From a virus: DNA of 64,000 nucleotides. Location: positions 3,899 to 67,898 of IMG/VR virus record IMGVR_UViG_3300043028_000007; one strand, 5' to 3'. The position numbers and the translations under genes were made by a program. Positions 39,358 through 49,639 of this stretch are shown one piece after another. The stretch's first letter is position 1. The number at the start of each line of letters is the position of its first letter. A model generated the notes under the pieces. It worked only from the letters and a program-made list of their open reading frames with translations. It had not been told where the DNA came from and searched no databases.

Positions 39358-40728
39358 TTATATTAAATAAAGATTCAAGTCTTTAATTTCAAGGACTTCT
39401 GTTTTTTTACCATGCATGGCTTTCATTGAGTCCGTTAATATAGCAGATCCAATATCTGTCTGCTCCATGGTTATGGACAAATTATCGTTTTCTTTAAACG
39501 ATCTTTGAGTATATTTAAAATCAGCACATTTTTTACACACACCATTCTTTTCTTTACAATACATAGGGGATCTAAGATATATAGTTTTACCTACATATTT
39601 ATCAATATTATCCCGATTTAGTAAAATGGTTTTACCGTTTTCTAAAATATGTCTGAATACTAAATCATTTTTATTAATAGCGGATACTTCTACATATTGT
39701 CCTTCTGTAGTACCACAATCATTACCAGTGACTTTGGCTTCCTGCATGATTCGTCTAATGTTTTCAACTATAGTACCACCTACAGCCGTGTCTACAGCTC
39801 GCTTATAGACCCCTATTCTAGTCTCATTATTACCGACTATCAAGTCTTTAGGTTGAAGACCTTCATCTAGAGATTTTTTCATAAGTATATATTCTTTTTC
39901 ACCACTTATATCTTTTACCATACCCATACTGGAGAACATCTCTTTTCTACAGATATCGAACGATTTACTTTCTTTAGCTCCAAGAAAACCATAACTGGGA
40001 TCATCTGACAAATATTCTTTATCGTTCTGTATAAGTAATTCTTGTAGCTCTGCCATCTTAAGTGGGTTGTCTTCAATATCGGGATTGTTCTTAATGAAAT
40101 CTTCTTTTATTTTTTCAGCATTAGGTGCAGGTACTATAGATTTTTCAGATAGTCCAGGTACACATAATTCATTAAAATGGCCTATGTAATATAAGTTTTT
40201 TCTATAAGTTACTCTAACAGAATCTATAGATATAGTCTCATGTCTCAATTCATTCACTATTTTATCTTCTATCTTGCTAGCTTCATATATGTCATTTATG
40301 AATTCTATTTTGTCACCGAAAGGTACTACCAATAGCAAATAGTTTAATATAAATCTACCGACTGTAGTCTCTTGAGATTTTTTTACATTCGGCAGATGTT
40401 CTTTAGTGATTGTAAAAACATCGTACAATCCTATCAGAGGCTTATCTTTTTTAATCTCTGATTTAGGTATAAGCGTTGTAAAAAACTTACTTTCTTCTTT
40501 TACAGAAGATACGATATGGAGATTATCTTTATCGTCCGTAACTACTTTACCTAAATAATATTTAGGAAATAGTTTTTCGAGGTATTTTTCAGGAACATAT
40601 GTAAACTCATTGTTCTCAAAATTATCAGGCACTTTATCATATTCTGCTTCAGTAAACATATCGATTAAATAATCTCTTCGTAAAAGATTTTGTTTATTTT
40701 CTAGCATTTGTTGAATCAAATAACTCAT
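39358..40728 (-). CDS. Virion RNA polymerase beta-prime subunit, C-terminal part (phiKZ gp80-like)
   Basis: Bridge-helix-like GVYKRAVDTAVGG, Zn site DCGT...LRSPMYC....GVCKKC and trigger-loop-like SMKAMHG. Lacks DFDGD. Confidence 0.85.
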   Translation of the reverse strand: MSYLIQQMLENKQNLLRRDYLIDMFTEAEYDKVPDNFENNEFTYVPEKYLEKLFPKYYLGKVVTDDKDNLHIVSSVKEESKFFTTLIPKSEIKKDKPLIGLYDVFTITKEHLPNVKKSQETTVGRFILNYLLLVVPFGDKIEFINDIYEASKIEDKIVNELRHETISIDSVRVTYRKNLYYIGHFNELCVPGLSEKSIVPAPNAEKIKEDFIKNNPDIEDNPLKMAELQELLIQNDKEYLSDDPSYGFLGAKESKSFDICRKEMFSSMGMVKDISGEKEYILMKKSLDEGLQPKDLIVGNNETRIGVYKRAVDTAVGGTIVENIRRIMQEAKVTGNDCGTTEGQYVEVSAINKNDLVFRHILENGKTILLNRDNIDKYVGKTIYLRSPMYCKEKNGVCKKCADFKYTQRSFKENDNLSITMEQTDIGSAILTDSMKAMHGKKTEVLEIKDLNLYLI

Positions 40729-40738
40729 ATCTATTCTC

Positions 40739-41794
40739 CTATATTAAAGACAAATCTAATTTATGTATATGGCTCACGATATTCTCGTAATCATTTAACA
40801 CAGATTCGTCTAGCCTATCAGCATTGTCCCTAAGAAAAGTAGTCAATAATTCAACTACATTCATACTGGAGTCTCTATAATTAAGTTCTTCTTTAGTTCC
40901 AAAATATAATAGAACCAAACTATTTAGACCTATTTTCTCCTCATTTGTTAGTTGAGACCAATATTGAATATAATACTTATTAGCTTTCTCATGCTTGTCA
41001 CATAATTCCAAATATCTAGTTACTGAATTATCTTTATTGTTGATCCACCAGATATAATCGTTTAGATTTTTAGAAAGTACCATATCCGAATTATACTTAT
41101 CTATTTCTTTGGATAGGTAATTGAAATCAAAATCGTATTTCAGTTCATTGACGATCTTTAATAATAGATTTTTATATCTAAGTTTAATATTGTTTATATA
41201 ATCGAATAATTTGACTTGTTCTTCTATATCAAATACGATATCTTCTGAATCGTCTTCATCTATATTACTAAGTATAGCTCTGATATACATAACGAATTCT
41301 ATCTCACTAAATACCCTATCCCATAATACATCATATACTTCTTGTATTTCTACATCGAATACAAAAGTATCTTTCATGATATTTAAAAAACTACTTATAA
41401 AGAAGTTAGTATCTTCATTTTCTAAAAGAAGGATAGTTTGTTCTCTAAATCCATTATTGTTCGATAATCTGTTATATAAATTAGATGGGATTAGGATTTC
41501 TTTTAAATATATCAATTTTTCAGCAGTGTAAAAATCTCCTAAAAGAGCTTCATAACTACAATGGAACACTAATCCCATATCCCTAAATTCCAATAATAGT
41601 CTTTCATAACAAGTTTGTAAAATGTTGTCGTTAGTTATTTCCATAGGAATATCATCGTTTGTCAGATGTTCGAACTCAGGATCATCTATATTTATGGGAA
41701 TTGGTAAATATTCTTTATTGTTTATATATTGTCTTACAGAGGAACTGACCTCCGTTAATTTAGATATAATCCTATTATAGTCAACTAAAGGCAT
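40739..41794 (-). CDS. Hypothetical protein
   Basis: 351-aa ORF with GAGG RBS, upstream of the vRNAP beta-prime gene. Confidence 0.75.
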   Translation of the reverse strand: MPLVDYNRIISKLTEVSSSVRQYINNKEYLPIPINIDDPEFEHLTNDDIPMEITNDNILQTCYERLLLEFRDMGLVFHCSYEALLGDFYTAEKLIYLKEILIPSNLYNRLSNNNGFREQTILLLENEDTNFFISSFLNIMKDTFVFDVEIQEVYDVLWDRVFSEIEFVMYIRAILSNIDEDDSEDIVFDIEEQVKLFDYINNIKLRYKNLLLKIVNELKYDFDFNYLSKEIDKYNSDMVLSKNLNDYIWWINNKDNSVTRYLELCDKHEKANKYYIQYWSQLTNEEKIGLNSLVLLYFGTKEELNYRDSSMNVVELLTTFLRDNADRLDESVLNDYENIVSHIHKLDLSLI

Positions 41795-41934
41795 CGCTAT
41801 ATCTCCTCATTCGTTTGGTAGTTTATAGAATCATAGAATGTGAGTTAATTAAAACACATATTATAGGTAAAACCATATTATAAACACAAGTTTGCTTGTT
41901 AACTTAAATAACTTTTTTATCAAGGAGAAATCAC

Positions 41935-42591
41935 ATGGCAAATGTTGAGATGAAAGCTGTTGTTAAAATTTTTGGTGCAACAGCTGCTCAGCTATCTACA
42001 GAGAATATCGTTCTTCCTAAGGATATGATGGTCTATGAAACTGATACCAATCGTATCAAAATTGGTAACGGTGTAACTAACTGGAATACTCTTGAGTATG
42101 TTGTTAAGAATCCTCTGAGCGATGCAGAATATGCAATGATTCAGAATGCTGGTGCAGCAAATGGATTTGCACTACTTGACGATAATGGTATCATTCCACT
42201 TGAACAGCTTCCACAGGTTGCGAAATCGCATATCGTATATAAAGCCGATATCGCAGCCAGAGACGCAATTCCAGAAGCTTCTAGAACAGCTATGGTTGTT
42301 GTTCTTGATGCCTCCGCAGATGCTACTGTTACAGGTGGCTATGCTGTCTATGCTTGGGACGCCAATAATACTACCTGGATCAAGATTTCTGAAGGCGAAT
42401 CTCTTGACGTAGACTTCTCAGTGTTCTTTAACCACACAACTATGACACTTGATGATATCACAGATGGTACAACTTACGTTAAAATGACAGTTGAAGAAAG
42501 AGCTCTTATTGCTAACGCTGTTCAGAAAACAGATGTACTTATTCTAAGTTCTGCTAGTTCAATAGCTGAACTTCAGACCCTCATTGCCTAA
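41935..42591 (+). CDS. Probable abundant virion/fibre-associated protein with hyaluronidase-like N-terminal motif; paralog of 28504-29241
   Basis: YETDTNRIKIGNGVTNWNTLEYV and LDDNGIIPLEQLP motifs. Strong AAGGAG RBS. Codon usage distinct from neighbours. Confidence 0.7.
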   Translation: MANVEMKAVVKIFGATAAQLSTENIVLPKDMMVYETDTNRIKIGNGVTNWNTLEYVVKNPLSDAEYAMIQNAGAANGFALLDDNGIIPLEQLPQVAKSHIVYKADIAARDAIPEASRTAMVVVLDASADATVTGGYAVYAWDANNTTWIKISEGESLDVDFSVFFNHTTMTLDDITDGTTYVKMTVEERALIANAVQKTDVLILSSASSIAELQTLIA

Positions 42592-42606
42592 TACTCAGTA
42601 AAACTA

Positions 42607-42640
42607 ATATACACATGCACAATATTGTGCATGTGTATAT
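42607..42640. terminator. Perfect 34-bp palindrome (terminator/cruciform)
   Basis: ATATACACATGCACAAT/ATTGTGCATGTGTATAT with no spacer. Confidence 0.7.
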
Positions 42641-42691
42641 ATTACTTTACTCATTTTATAATGACATATAATTTAATGTAAGGAGTTAGAT

Positions 42692-43210
42692 ATGATTTAC
42701 AAACCAAAATATTTTGATATACACGAGTATGTTTATCCGAAACTATATAAGGAGTATTTAGCTAAAGGAGAGGTATATAAACTATATGGATGTATAGACG
42801 AAAGAGTATTTATAACTAACGATAGAATAAGGGATTTTATTAATAAGAACAATACTAATTATTCTGTGACAGTCAATAACTGGTATTGGGGAGGAGCATT
42901 TTCTGAATCAGGATTAAGAGATCCTAATACAAAAACAGGTGCTGGAGTAAGTCAACATAAATATGGAAGGGCTAGTGATTCTAAATTCGATACTCCAGAA
43001 TGGAATCCTGAGAAGTTAAGAGAATATATGAAATCTATAGGATGTTTTGAGCCTGGATTTAAAATGAGGAAAGACAAAGAAGCTTATCCTTTCTTATTAA
43101 TCAATCGAATAGAGTGGTCTACTAATGAGATCATGAGTTGGTTCCATTTCGATATGAGTCCATTAGCTCCAGAAGATGGTAGCATAGGTATAGTAAGAGT
43201 TAATATATGA
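42692..43210 (+). CDS. Peptidase M15-family zinc endopeptidase, probable endolysin
   Basis: Motifs SGLR, SQHKYGRASD (SxHxxGxAxD) and SWFHFD. Confidence 0.8.
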   Translation: MIYKPKYFDIHEYVYPKLYKEYLAKGEVYKLYGCIDERVFITNDRIRDFINKNNTNYSVTVNNWYWGGAFSESGLRDPNTKTGAGVSQHKYGRASDSKFDTPEWNPEKLREYMKSIGCFEPGFKMRKDKEAYPFLLINRIEWSTNEIMSWFHFDMSPLAPEDGSIGIVRVNI

Positions 43211-43716
43211 AAGATCTAAAAGAAAAAAGGAAAAATACAATCGATTTGGTAAATTGGTTATCTCAACACGAGTTTATTGAACTGGGAGAAATAATTAATA
43301 ATGTACCTAAAGAAAACCTTCCAGTTGTAAAAGATATCATAACTCAAGAACTTAATGTCGATATATTCGACAAAAGTATTAGAGACAATCCCGATACCAA
43401 TATCGATAAAATAAAAGATAAATGGAAAGAGAATAAACAGGTCATTATAAACAAAATCAATTATCTCACTAGTACCCCTATGTTACTAAATAGTAGTTAC
43501 GACAACGTGATAGCTTTTAAAGACATAACAGAAACTGTAGTTAAAGCTGTATTTGCTTTATTTGCCATGATATATATAGTCAGCATAACTCTATCAGATA
43601 TACCTGATGATAATAAAAGATTTGTAGACGTTATCTTAGGCTTTATTTTATCTATATTAGGTCATATATTAGGTAAAGGAGCTGAGATATATAAAGGACA
43701 CAAAGAAAAGAAATAG
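43207..43716 (+). CDS. Holin-like protein with two C-terminal transmembrane helices
   Basis: VFALFAMIYIVSITL and VILGFILSILGHILG flank IPDDNK, then a basic tail. Overlaps the peptidase stop. Confidence 0.5.
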   Translation: MKDLKEKRKNTIDLVNWLSQHEFIELGEIINNVPKENLPVVKDIITQELNVDIFDKSIRDNPDTNIDKIKDKWKENKQVIINKINYLTSTPMLLNSSYDNVIAFKDITETVVKAVFALFAMIYIVSITLSDIPDDNKRFVDVILGFILSILGHILGKGAEIYKGHKEKK

Positions 43717-43744
43717 ACATAGGGAGGAATATTCCTCCCTATGT
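43717..43744. terminator. Perfect 28-bp palindrome, bidirectional terminator
   Basis: ACATAGGGAGGAAT/ATTCCTCCCTATGT between convergent genes. Confidence 0.75.
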
Positions 43745-43746
43745 TT

Positions 43747-45909
43747 TTATATTGCATTATATATTTCTAATTCATCGTCGTCTAGTTCTGGTTCACCATA
43801 AGTATCTGTCAATAGACATATTTGATTTTTCATCATTATACCTATATTAAGTGCTTGTAATACCAGATAAATGCCATAACAATTACTATGTACCGTTTTC
43901 CTATAATCGATTATATCGGTTATCTCTTTTGGTATTTGTAAATGTGCTGGTATATATATTGACTCTATAGTTCGTTTAGGATATTTTTTCAAGAAATCTA
44001 TGAATCGCTTATACATAGCTTCATTTTGATTTTTCATATCGTCTAATAGATAAGTTGTCTTTAAGTTTATAGGTACTGTACATACGATTTTATACTTACC
44101 CGGTAAATATGATTCATCTTTTTCATTAGCAAATACACTATCCCACAATAGATAATAAAAATATGGACTAGATAAAGGCTTACTATAATGATTAGCTTTA
44201 TTTACATTGGCTCCTTGTAAAAAAGCACTATCACCACTCAGCGTAATATCTTTTATTCGTTTTTCGAATATACATATTTTGCGAATAAGTTTAACTGCAC
44301 TTAAAGACAGATTATTTTGATAATATTCTATTATATCTTCGAAATAGAATTTTTCCATAAAGTCTAAGGTACGTTTGCAATAAGTAGATCCTCTTAAGTT
44401 CTTGCCTTTTATATCTCGTTTAGGTTTTGGTAACTTTCTTCCTTCTCTACGAATGATATTAGAGATATAATGTTTGCTCATAGAGGTGGTTACCATTACT
44501 GGATATACGAATTCTGGTTTCATTTTAATAGCTCGTAGGTTTTCTCCTTCCATACCTATATTACAGCTCATATTAGCGAAAACATTCATTAACGATCTAG
44601 ATAATAGATAAACTACTAGAGCATTGATATTAAAAGTTTCGTCACAAAAAGTAAATTTACCTAACTTCCATCTCACCCAACTAACAGTAGTAAAAATATC
44701 ACTATCTGTATCTGACATCTTTACAGTTTTCCTAATCATATCTTTATGGGAAGGCGTATCTGGTATATCTATATGATCGGCAAAGAAAGTACCGAATAGT
44801 TCTTGAAGTTGGTTTATTTTATTTTCTAATATCTCTGTAGTATATATAAATTTTCTTACCTGATCCGGTATTTGTTTAACAGCATCTTCAATTACCATAT
44901 CGTTAAGTAAACTTGTACCGAATATGGTGTAGCTCAATACGAATAAGTCATCCTCTATTCCAAATACTGTTTTTGGATCTATATAATCCAATTCTTCTGG
45001 TAATTCTGGTTGTATAAATAGGTCATCCATCCATTCCTTGGAGAATTTGTTTACTCGAAATAGATTATGTAAATTATAACAATAATAGGCATAAGCTCTT
45101 TGATGATCTTCCATACGATTACAGAAAGTAAATATATATTCGTAATCTATATTGATGGTATAATTTTTTAAAGATTCGATATAGTTATTGGCTAAGTCCT
45201 CTGGTGTAGGTACATATAGGTTATATTTATCTATCAAATACTCCATGTGGGACTCATTTGGACAGTGCCTTACCATTAATACCAAATAATTTATAACCGA
45301 TTCACTATTTCTAAAATAGTAATTGTTTTCTAAGAACCTCTCAGTATGCGCATATGCTGTCATGCATCCATGTCTGGCTATAGAAGTAATAGCGGCATAA
45401 CCAGCTGGATCGAATAAAATATTACCGGCACTATTCATGGCACCCGAAATAGCATTAACGAATATCTTGATCCTTGTCTGGATGAAATTCTTTAGCCTCG
45501 CTAATAGAGTTTCTCCTCTAGCCTCTAAGTCAAGCTCTTCTTTCTTAACCACTTTCCTTGACCATAATTTATTAGCTATGTACTTACTGATAAATGACTT
45601 CTTTTCACTAACTTTATAATACAATGTACCAGATGGTGTGACTATATATTTATCTAACATATTAACACATATATTTAATAAATTATCTTCCTTTATTTCC
45701 GTATTGCCGTAGCTAGGATGGTCTATTACTTTAACTTTAGGATTCTTGAATCTAGCTTTTATTTCTTTGCGTAGCTCTTGTTCTACCATATCTATAGGAA
45801 CATCTTTATACTTAATTTTAGCATAAGTAAGCATTTGTTCCATATACTCTTTTATAATGGTATCGTGGTTTTTACTTCTATCATACTCAGATACGCTTTT
45901 TATTTTCAT
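43747..45909 (-). CDS. Family B DNA polymerase, polymerisation subunit (phiKZ gp82-like)
   Basis: Motifs KIFVNAISGA, SIARH...YAHTERFL, catalytic SDTDS, MKPEFVYP and KHY...IKG..LR. No exonuclease domain seen. Confidence 0.85.
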   Translation of the reverse strand: MKIKSVSEYDRSKNHDTIIKEYMEQMLTYAKIKYKDVPIDMVEQELRKEIKARFKNPKVKVIDHPSYGNTEIKEDNLLNICVNMLDKYIVTPSGTLYYKVSEKKSFISKYIANKLWSRKVVKKEELDLEARGETLLARLKNFIQTRIKIFVNAISGAMNSAGNILFDPAGYAAITSIARHGCMTAYAHTERFLENNYYFRNSESVINYLVLMVRHCPNESHMEYLIDKYNLYVPTPEDLANNYIESLKNYTINIDYEYIFTFCNRMEDHQRAYAYYCYNLHNLFRVNKFSKEWMDDLFIQPELPEELDYIDPKTVFGIEDDLFVLSYTIFGTSLLNDMVIEDAVKQIPDQVRKFIYTTEILENKINQLQELFGTFFADHIDIPDTPSHKDMIRKTVKMSDTDSDIFTTVSWVRWKLGKFTFCDETFNINALVVYLLSRSLMNVFANMSCNIGMEGENLRAIKMKPEFVYPVMVTTSMSKHYISNIIRREGRKLPKPKRDIKGKNLRGSTYCKRTLDFMEKFYFEDIIEYYQNNLSLSAVKLIRKICIFEKRIKDITLSGDSAFLQGANVNKANHYSKPLSSPYFYYLLWDSVFANEKDESYLPGKYKIVCTVPINLKTTYLLDDMKNQNEAMYKRFIDFLKKYPKRTIESIYIPAHLQIPKEITDIIDYRKTVHSNCYGIYLVLQALNIGIMMKNQICLLTDTYGEPELDDDELEIYNAI

Positions 45910-46029
45910 TTAGCTTTCTCCTGATATTTAATCTGTGCCCTTATTATTTACATAAATCTCCTATGGTATATCGAAATATTATAAAAAATTAAAAAGTATA
46001 ATAACAATCTAACTTAAGGAGTAAAGTAT

Positions 46030-46548
46030 ATGAAGGAATTAGAAGTACTCGACATAGAGCCTACAGAAACCTTATCTAACGAAACAAAAGAACTGTTATC
46101 TAACTTAAATTCTGGATTTGAGGTATTGGCCAAATATAATACCCTACTTGGTATATTTGAAACATATGCAGAATATCTAATGAACGTTAAAGGATGTTCT
46201 ATATATAAAACCAATAGAGAAGTTGAAGCTATACTTAATACAATGATAGAAAACGAAAACATGGGATCGTCTACTCTTATACATGAGATAAAAGATGCCA
46301 TATTCAATAAGTTCAAGGAGAACAGCTATAAAGATAAACTTATCACCAACATAGGAAAAAGATTAAATTCTATCTCAGAGAGATATACAAAAGCAGAAGT
46401 TAAAAGTGGTCTAGAACAATTTGAATTGAAAGCAGATACAGATAAGTTAAATCAAGCTAAAGAACTAGTAACCTTTTATGTAAATGAAATATTAGAAGAA
46501 GTAGAAAAGTACTTCCCTGAAGACTTCCTTGGAAAGATAAAAGATTAA
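46030..46548 (+). CDS. Hypothetical helical protein
   Basis: 172-aa ORF with AAGGAG RBS, followed by an 11-bp hairpin at 46554-46582. Confidence 0.7.
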   Translation: MKELEVLDIEPTETLSNETKELLSNLNSGFEVLAKYNTLLGIFETYAEYLMNVKGCSIYKTNREVEAILNTMIENENMGSSTLIHEIKDAIFNKFKENSYKDKLITNIGKRLNSISERYTKAEVKSGLEQFELKADTDKLNQAKELVTFYVNEILEEVEKYFPEDFLGKIKD

Positions 46549-46833
46549 TAAGATATAGAGAACCCTAATAAGGTTCTCTATATTACTATTTTACGTATTA
46601 AGTATAATAAAGTAATAATATCTTTTATATTCTTTACTGAAGGTATTATTCTTATCTTATTTTAATAATAAGGTAACGGCTTATATATACTACGTATATA
46701 TAAGCCTATGCCATTGGATATAAAATTATCACACAGAATAATTAAAAATATAAAAGATTAAAAAACATTAATAATAAAAATACTATATTGATTACATAAA
46801 TAACTAGAATATAAACATATAAAGGATTCAAAT

Positions 46834-47676
46834 ATGTCTAGTAATAAAAACCCTAAAGAACATGTAGAAAGAGGAAAGATAATAAAACAATACTTTTCTT
46901 CTTTAACAGCTAGAAAGACTTCTTTGATGTACGTTGGTATACTTAAGAACAATCAGATCATTTTAGCTAATCTTGATCCAGATAAAATGGTTAGGTATTG
47001 TGAAGCATCTTTATCATTACATATACTTTCTATAAAGAAGAAACATATACAGAAATATGTTAAAGAAATAATAGACTATTTAGGTATTCCATCTGGACCA
47101 TACGTTATTTGTATAAATGACTATATTTCCTATTTGAATAAAATCAAATTCGATCTTAATGTACCATCTACTATTAAAAGTAATGATTCAGGTATTTATT
47201 ATTATACGGCAGATAATGATAAAAAGAAAGTATTAGCATACCCCATAGTCATGTATTCCGTAGTCTCTTTCTTAACCAATATATCTGACAACATAGATAA
47301 TATCCTAAAGTATATAAACGATGAAGAAGATTTGATTGTTTATAATAGAATCAATTTATTGGATAAGAATAATGGGACAGGAGTTTTTAAAGTACAGATA
47401 CATTTAGATAGTTTTAAAGATAAGGACGGGAACAACACATTCGATGTTAAAGGAAAGAAAACAATAGATATCAATATGTTTGATGGTTTAGAAACTATAT
47501 CGGTCAAAGAGTTTATTAAGAAGTTTAAAGAAGAAAATAGTTCTTTAGACTTAATAGCTTGTTCTTTAAAAGGAACAAGTTGTATTGAGTATATATCAGT
47601 ATATGAAGATAACAACATAATGGCAATAAGTACAAGACCACACAATAGACTATATATCAAAAAGAAAGGGAATTGA
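46834..47676 (+). CDS. Hypothetical protein
   Basis: 280-aa ORF with AAGGA RBS. First gene of the operon that ends with the chaperonin and 132-aa gene. Confidence 0.75.
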   Translation: MSSNKNPKEHVERGKIIKQYFSSLTARKTSLMYVGILKNNQIILANLDPDKMVRYCEASLSLHILSIKKKHIQKYVKEIIDYLGIPSGPYVICINDYISYLNKIKFDLNVPSTIKSNDSGIYYYTADNDKKKVLAYPIVMYSVVSFLTNISDNIDNILKYINDEEDLIVYNRINLLDKNNGTGVFKVQIHLDSFKDKDGNNTFDVKGKKTIDINMFDGLETISVKEFIKKFKEENSSLDLIACSLKGTSCIEYISVYEDNNIMAISTRPHNRLYIKKKGN

Positions 47677-49151
47677 TCATGGTGGATAAGATAGATACAG
47701 AAGAATATATGGATGATGAAAATATAAATGAAAGCCTAGAAGAAGATACGGAACAAGAGGAAGAAGAACAGAAGGAACTCACGGAGAAAGAAGTTCTTGA
47801 AGAGTATAAGAAAGCCGTAAAAGATAGTCATACCGATTCATTGCAGTTCGATTCAAGAGAAGATACTTTAAATAAGTTAAATGTCCTCAAAAACATATAT
47901 GGAGAAAAAGAATTTAATAAAAGAGCAGAAGAAGTTGGTACAGATGTTTATATTCTAGTCAATAGAATAAAAGCATACTCATCAGCAGACGAATTCGAAA
48001 GAGATGCTTTAGATAAAAAGGACACCAATTTATTAAGTACGAAATATGTCAACGATAAATATAAATTCAGCGACGTTGGTAAGAATCCAAATAAGGATTA
48101 TAAAGGAGCTGTATTTAGTGGTAAAGAAGCTCTTCTTGTAATCAATGCAAAAAATAAATCTACTAGAAAAGTGTGGTTATATAACAGTGGGATTTATGTT
48201 ATTTTAAGAGGCCCAACACTTACAGAACTCAATACCACATACAACAGGATTATCGATGAGATAAATAGTTATCAGTATGAATTTGGTATGCATTATTATC
48301 TATTTAATGACTTTGTTATTAAAGAATCCATAGTGGATTTGATATATAAACTTATTACAGATAGTAACTACTCTGGCTGGTCTAGAAATAAAGCTATTTT
48401 AGATATAATCAAACTACCCGATTATAGAGTTTTATTGCATGCTATTGGTTCTCTTATGTATCAGGACAAATACCCATATTATTTCGCATGTACTAATACA
48501 GAGTTGGCTTCTGGTAAACCATGTACTTATACCGAATCAGTGGAAATAGATCTTAGAAAAATAAGATACAATAACTATTCGATGATACCAGAAGAAGCTA
48601 TGGAGATACTTTATAGAACAGGTAATAGAACCAAAGAAGAACTTATCGAATATCAGGAACTACTTAAACTAACTAAGTATATTGAAATTACAGAAGATTA
48701 TAGAGGTATGACTAAAATACCTTCTATTAGAGAATATATGGAATTTGGTAAGAAGTTTAATAAATCGATTATTGAAGCCATACATCTAGATGATGACAAA
48801 AAGATCGAGCAATATATTAAATATAACTATTATAAAGTATTTACTATTTGGCTAGATTATGTCGAAATGATGAATGAAGATACAGTTAGTGCTAAATTTG
48901 CCGATGAAGAAACTATAGCTAATCTATTGGATATAGTTCAGTTAGAAGATTCAGAATTTGGCGATAGAATAACAGAATATATTCGAGATGTAAGTATTTC
49001 CCATATAGCTATTCCATTCAATGGTTGTCCTTCTTGCAAGTATATTCCAGAATATAGCAAGAACGGATATATTACGTTCGATCCGCAATCGCATTTTTTC
49101 TCACAATCCGTAATGAGGTTAGCCCTGAATGTTTGGAACCAGAAGCTATAG
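47673..49151 (+). CDS. Putative tail/baseplate assembly chaperone with C-terminal CxxC
   Basis: 492 aa with acidic N-terminus. Motifs LYNSGIYVILRGPT, YYFACTN...PCTY and HIAIPFNGCPSC...FDPQSHFF. The function is inferred. Confidence 0.5.
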   Translation: MIMVDKIDTEEYMDDENINESLEEDTEQEEEEQKELTEKEVLEEYKKAVKDSHTDSLQFDSREDTLNKLNVLKNIYGEKEFNKRAEEVGTDVYILVNRIKAYSSADEFERDALDKKDTNLLSTKYVNDKYKFSDVGKNPNKDYKGAVFSGKEALLVINAKNKSTRKVWLYNSGIYVILRGPTLTELNTTYNRIIDEINSYQYEFGMHYYLFNDFVIKESIVDLIYKLITDSNYSGWSRNKAILDIIKLPDYRVLLHAIGSLMYQDKYPYYFACTNTELASGKPCTYTESVEIDLRKIRYNNYSMIPEEAMEILYRTGNRTKEELIEYQELLKLTKYIEITEDYRGMTKIPSIREYMEFGKKFNKSIIEAIHLDDDKKIEQYIKYNYYKVFTIWLDYVEMMNEDTVSAKFADEETIANLLDIVQLEDSEFGDRITEYIRDVSISHIAIPFNGCPSCKYIPEYSKNGYITFDPQSHFFSQSVMRLALNVWNQKL

Positions 49152-49639
49152 AACGATTCTTTGAAAGGTTCGACATTCTTATTACGGAAGTATTAAAAGG
49201 TGTAGAGGGCATAGATAGAGATAGAGCCATCAAATACTTTAACCAGATAGGGTATAAAGAAGAGGAAGTACCAGAAAGTGCCCTATCTGGTTTTAATGAA
49301 GTTAAATATATCCCAAAGAAAAAAGTAAGTAACAATAAGTTAGAAAATCTTATCTATAGTAGTAATAGGGACATATTCTTAAAGGAAGTGGCTAATACAT
49401 TATTTCTTACTGAGTGGTATGAAAGATTTGGACTAGATTTGCAACAGACAATGGATATGTCTTATGACGAATATAATACGATGAAAGAATATTTGCAGTA
49501 TATAACTGAAATTATAGAACAGAAAAAGAAAGAACTTATAGCCGAGGAAGAGGCCAAACAGAAAAAAGAAGGAGCTCAGCAACATGTCCGAGTACCATCA
49601 GCTAAGACTATTAAAAAACAACGATGGGGTAACCAATAG
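49133..49639 (+). CDS. Small protein resembling the C-terminal extension of tail assembly chaperones; possibly made only by -1 frameshift
   Basis: TTG start with no ATG for over 100 codons. Motif ERFGLDLQQTMDMSYDEY. The frame is open back to the slippery T TTT TTC at 49094-49100. Confidence 0.55.
   Translation: MEPEAIERFFERFDILITEVLKGVEGIDRDRAIKYFNQIGYKEEEVPESALSGFNEVKYIPKKKVSNNKLENLIYSSNRDIFLKEVANTLFLTEWYERFGLDLQQTMDMSYDEYNTMKEYLQYITEIIEQKKKELIAEEEAKQKKEGAQQHVRVPSAKTIKKQRWGNQ

Noticed and set aside
1197-41840. TATG(A) motifs upstream of several genes as phiKZ-type late promoters (e.g. 1197, 3725, 38147)
   Set aside because: A 4-5-nt AT-rich word is expected very often by chance here and cannot be supported without TSS data.
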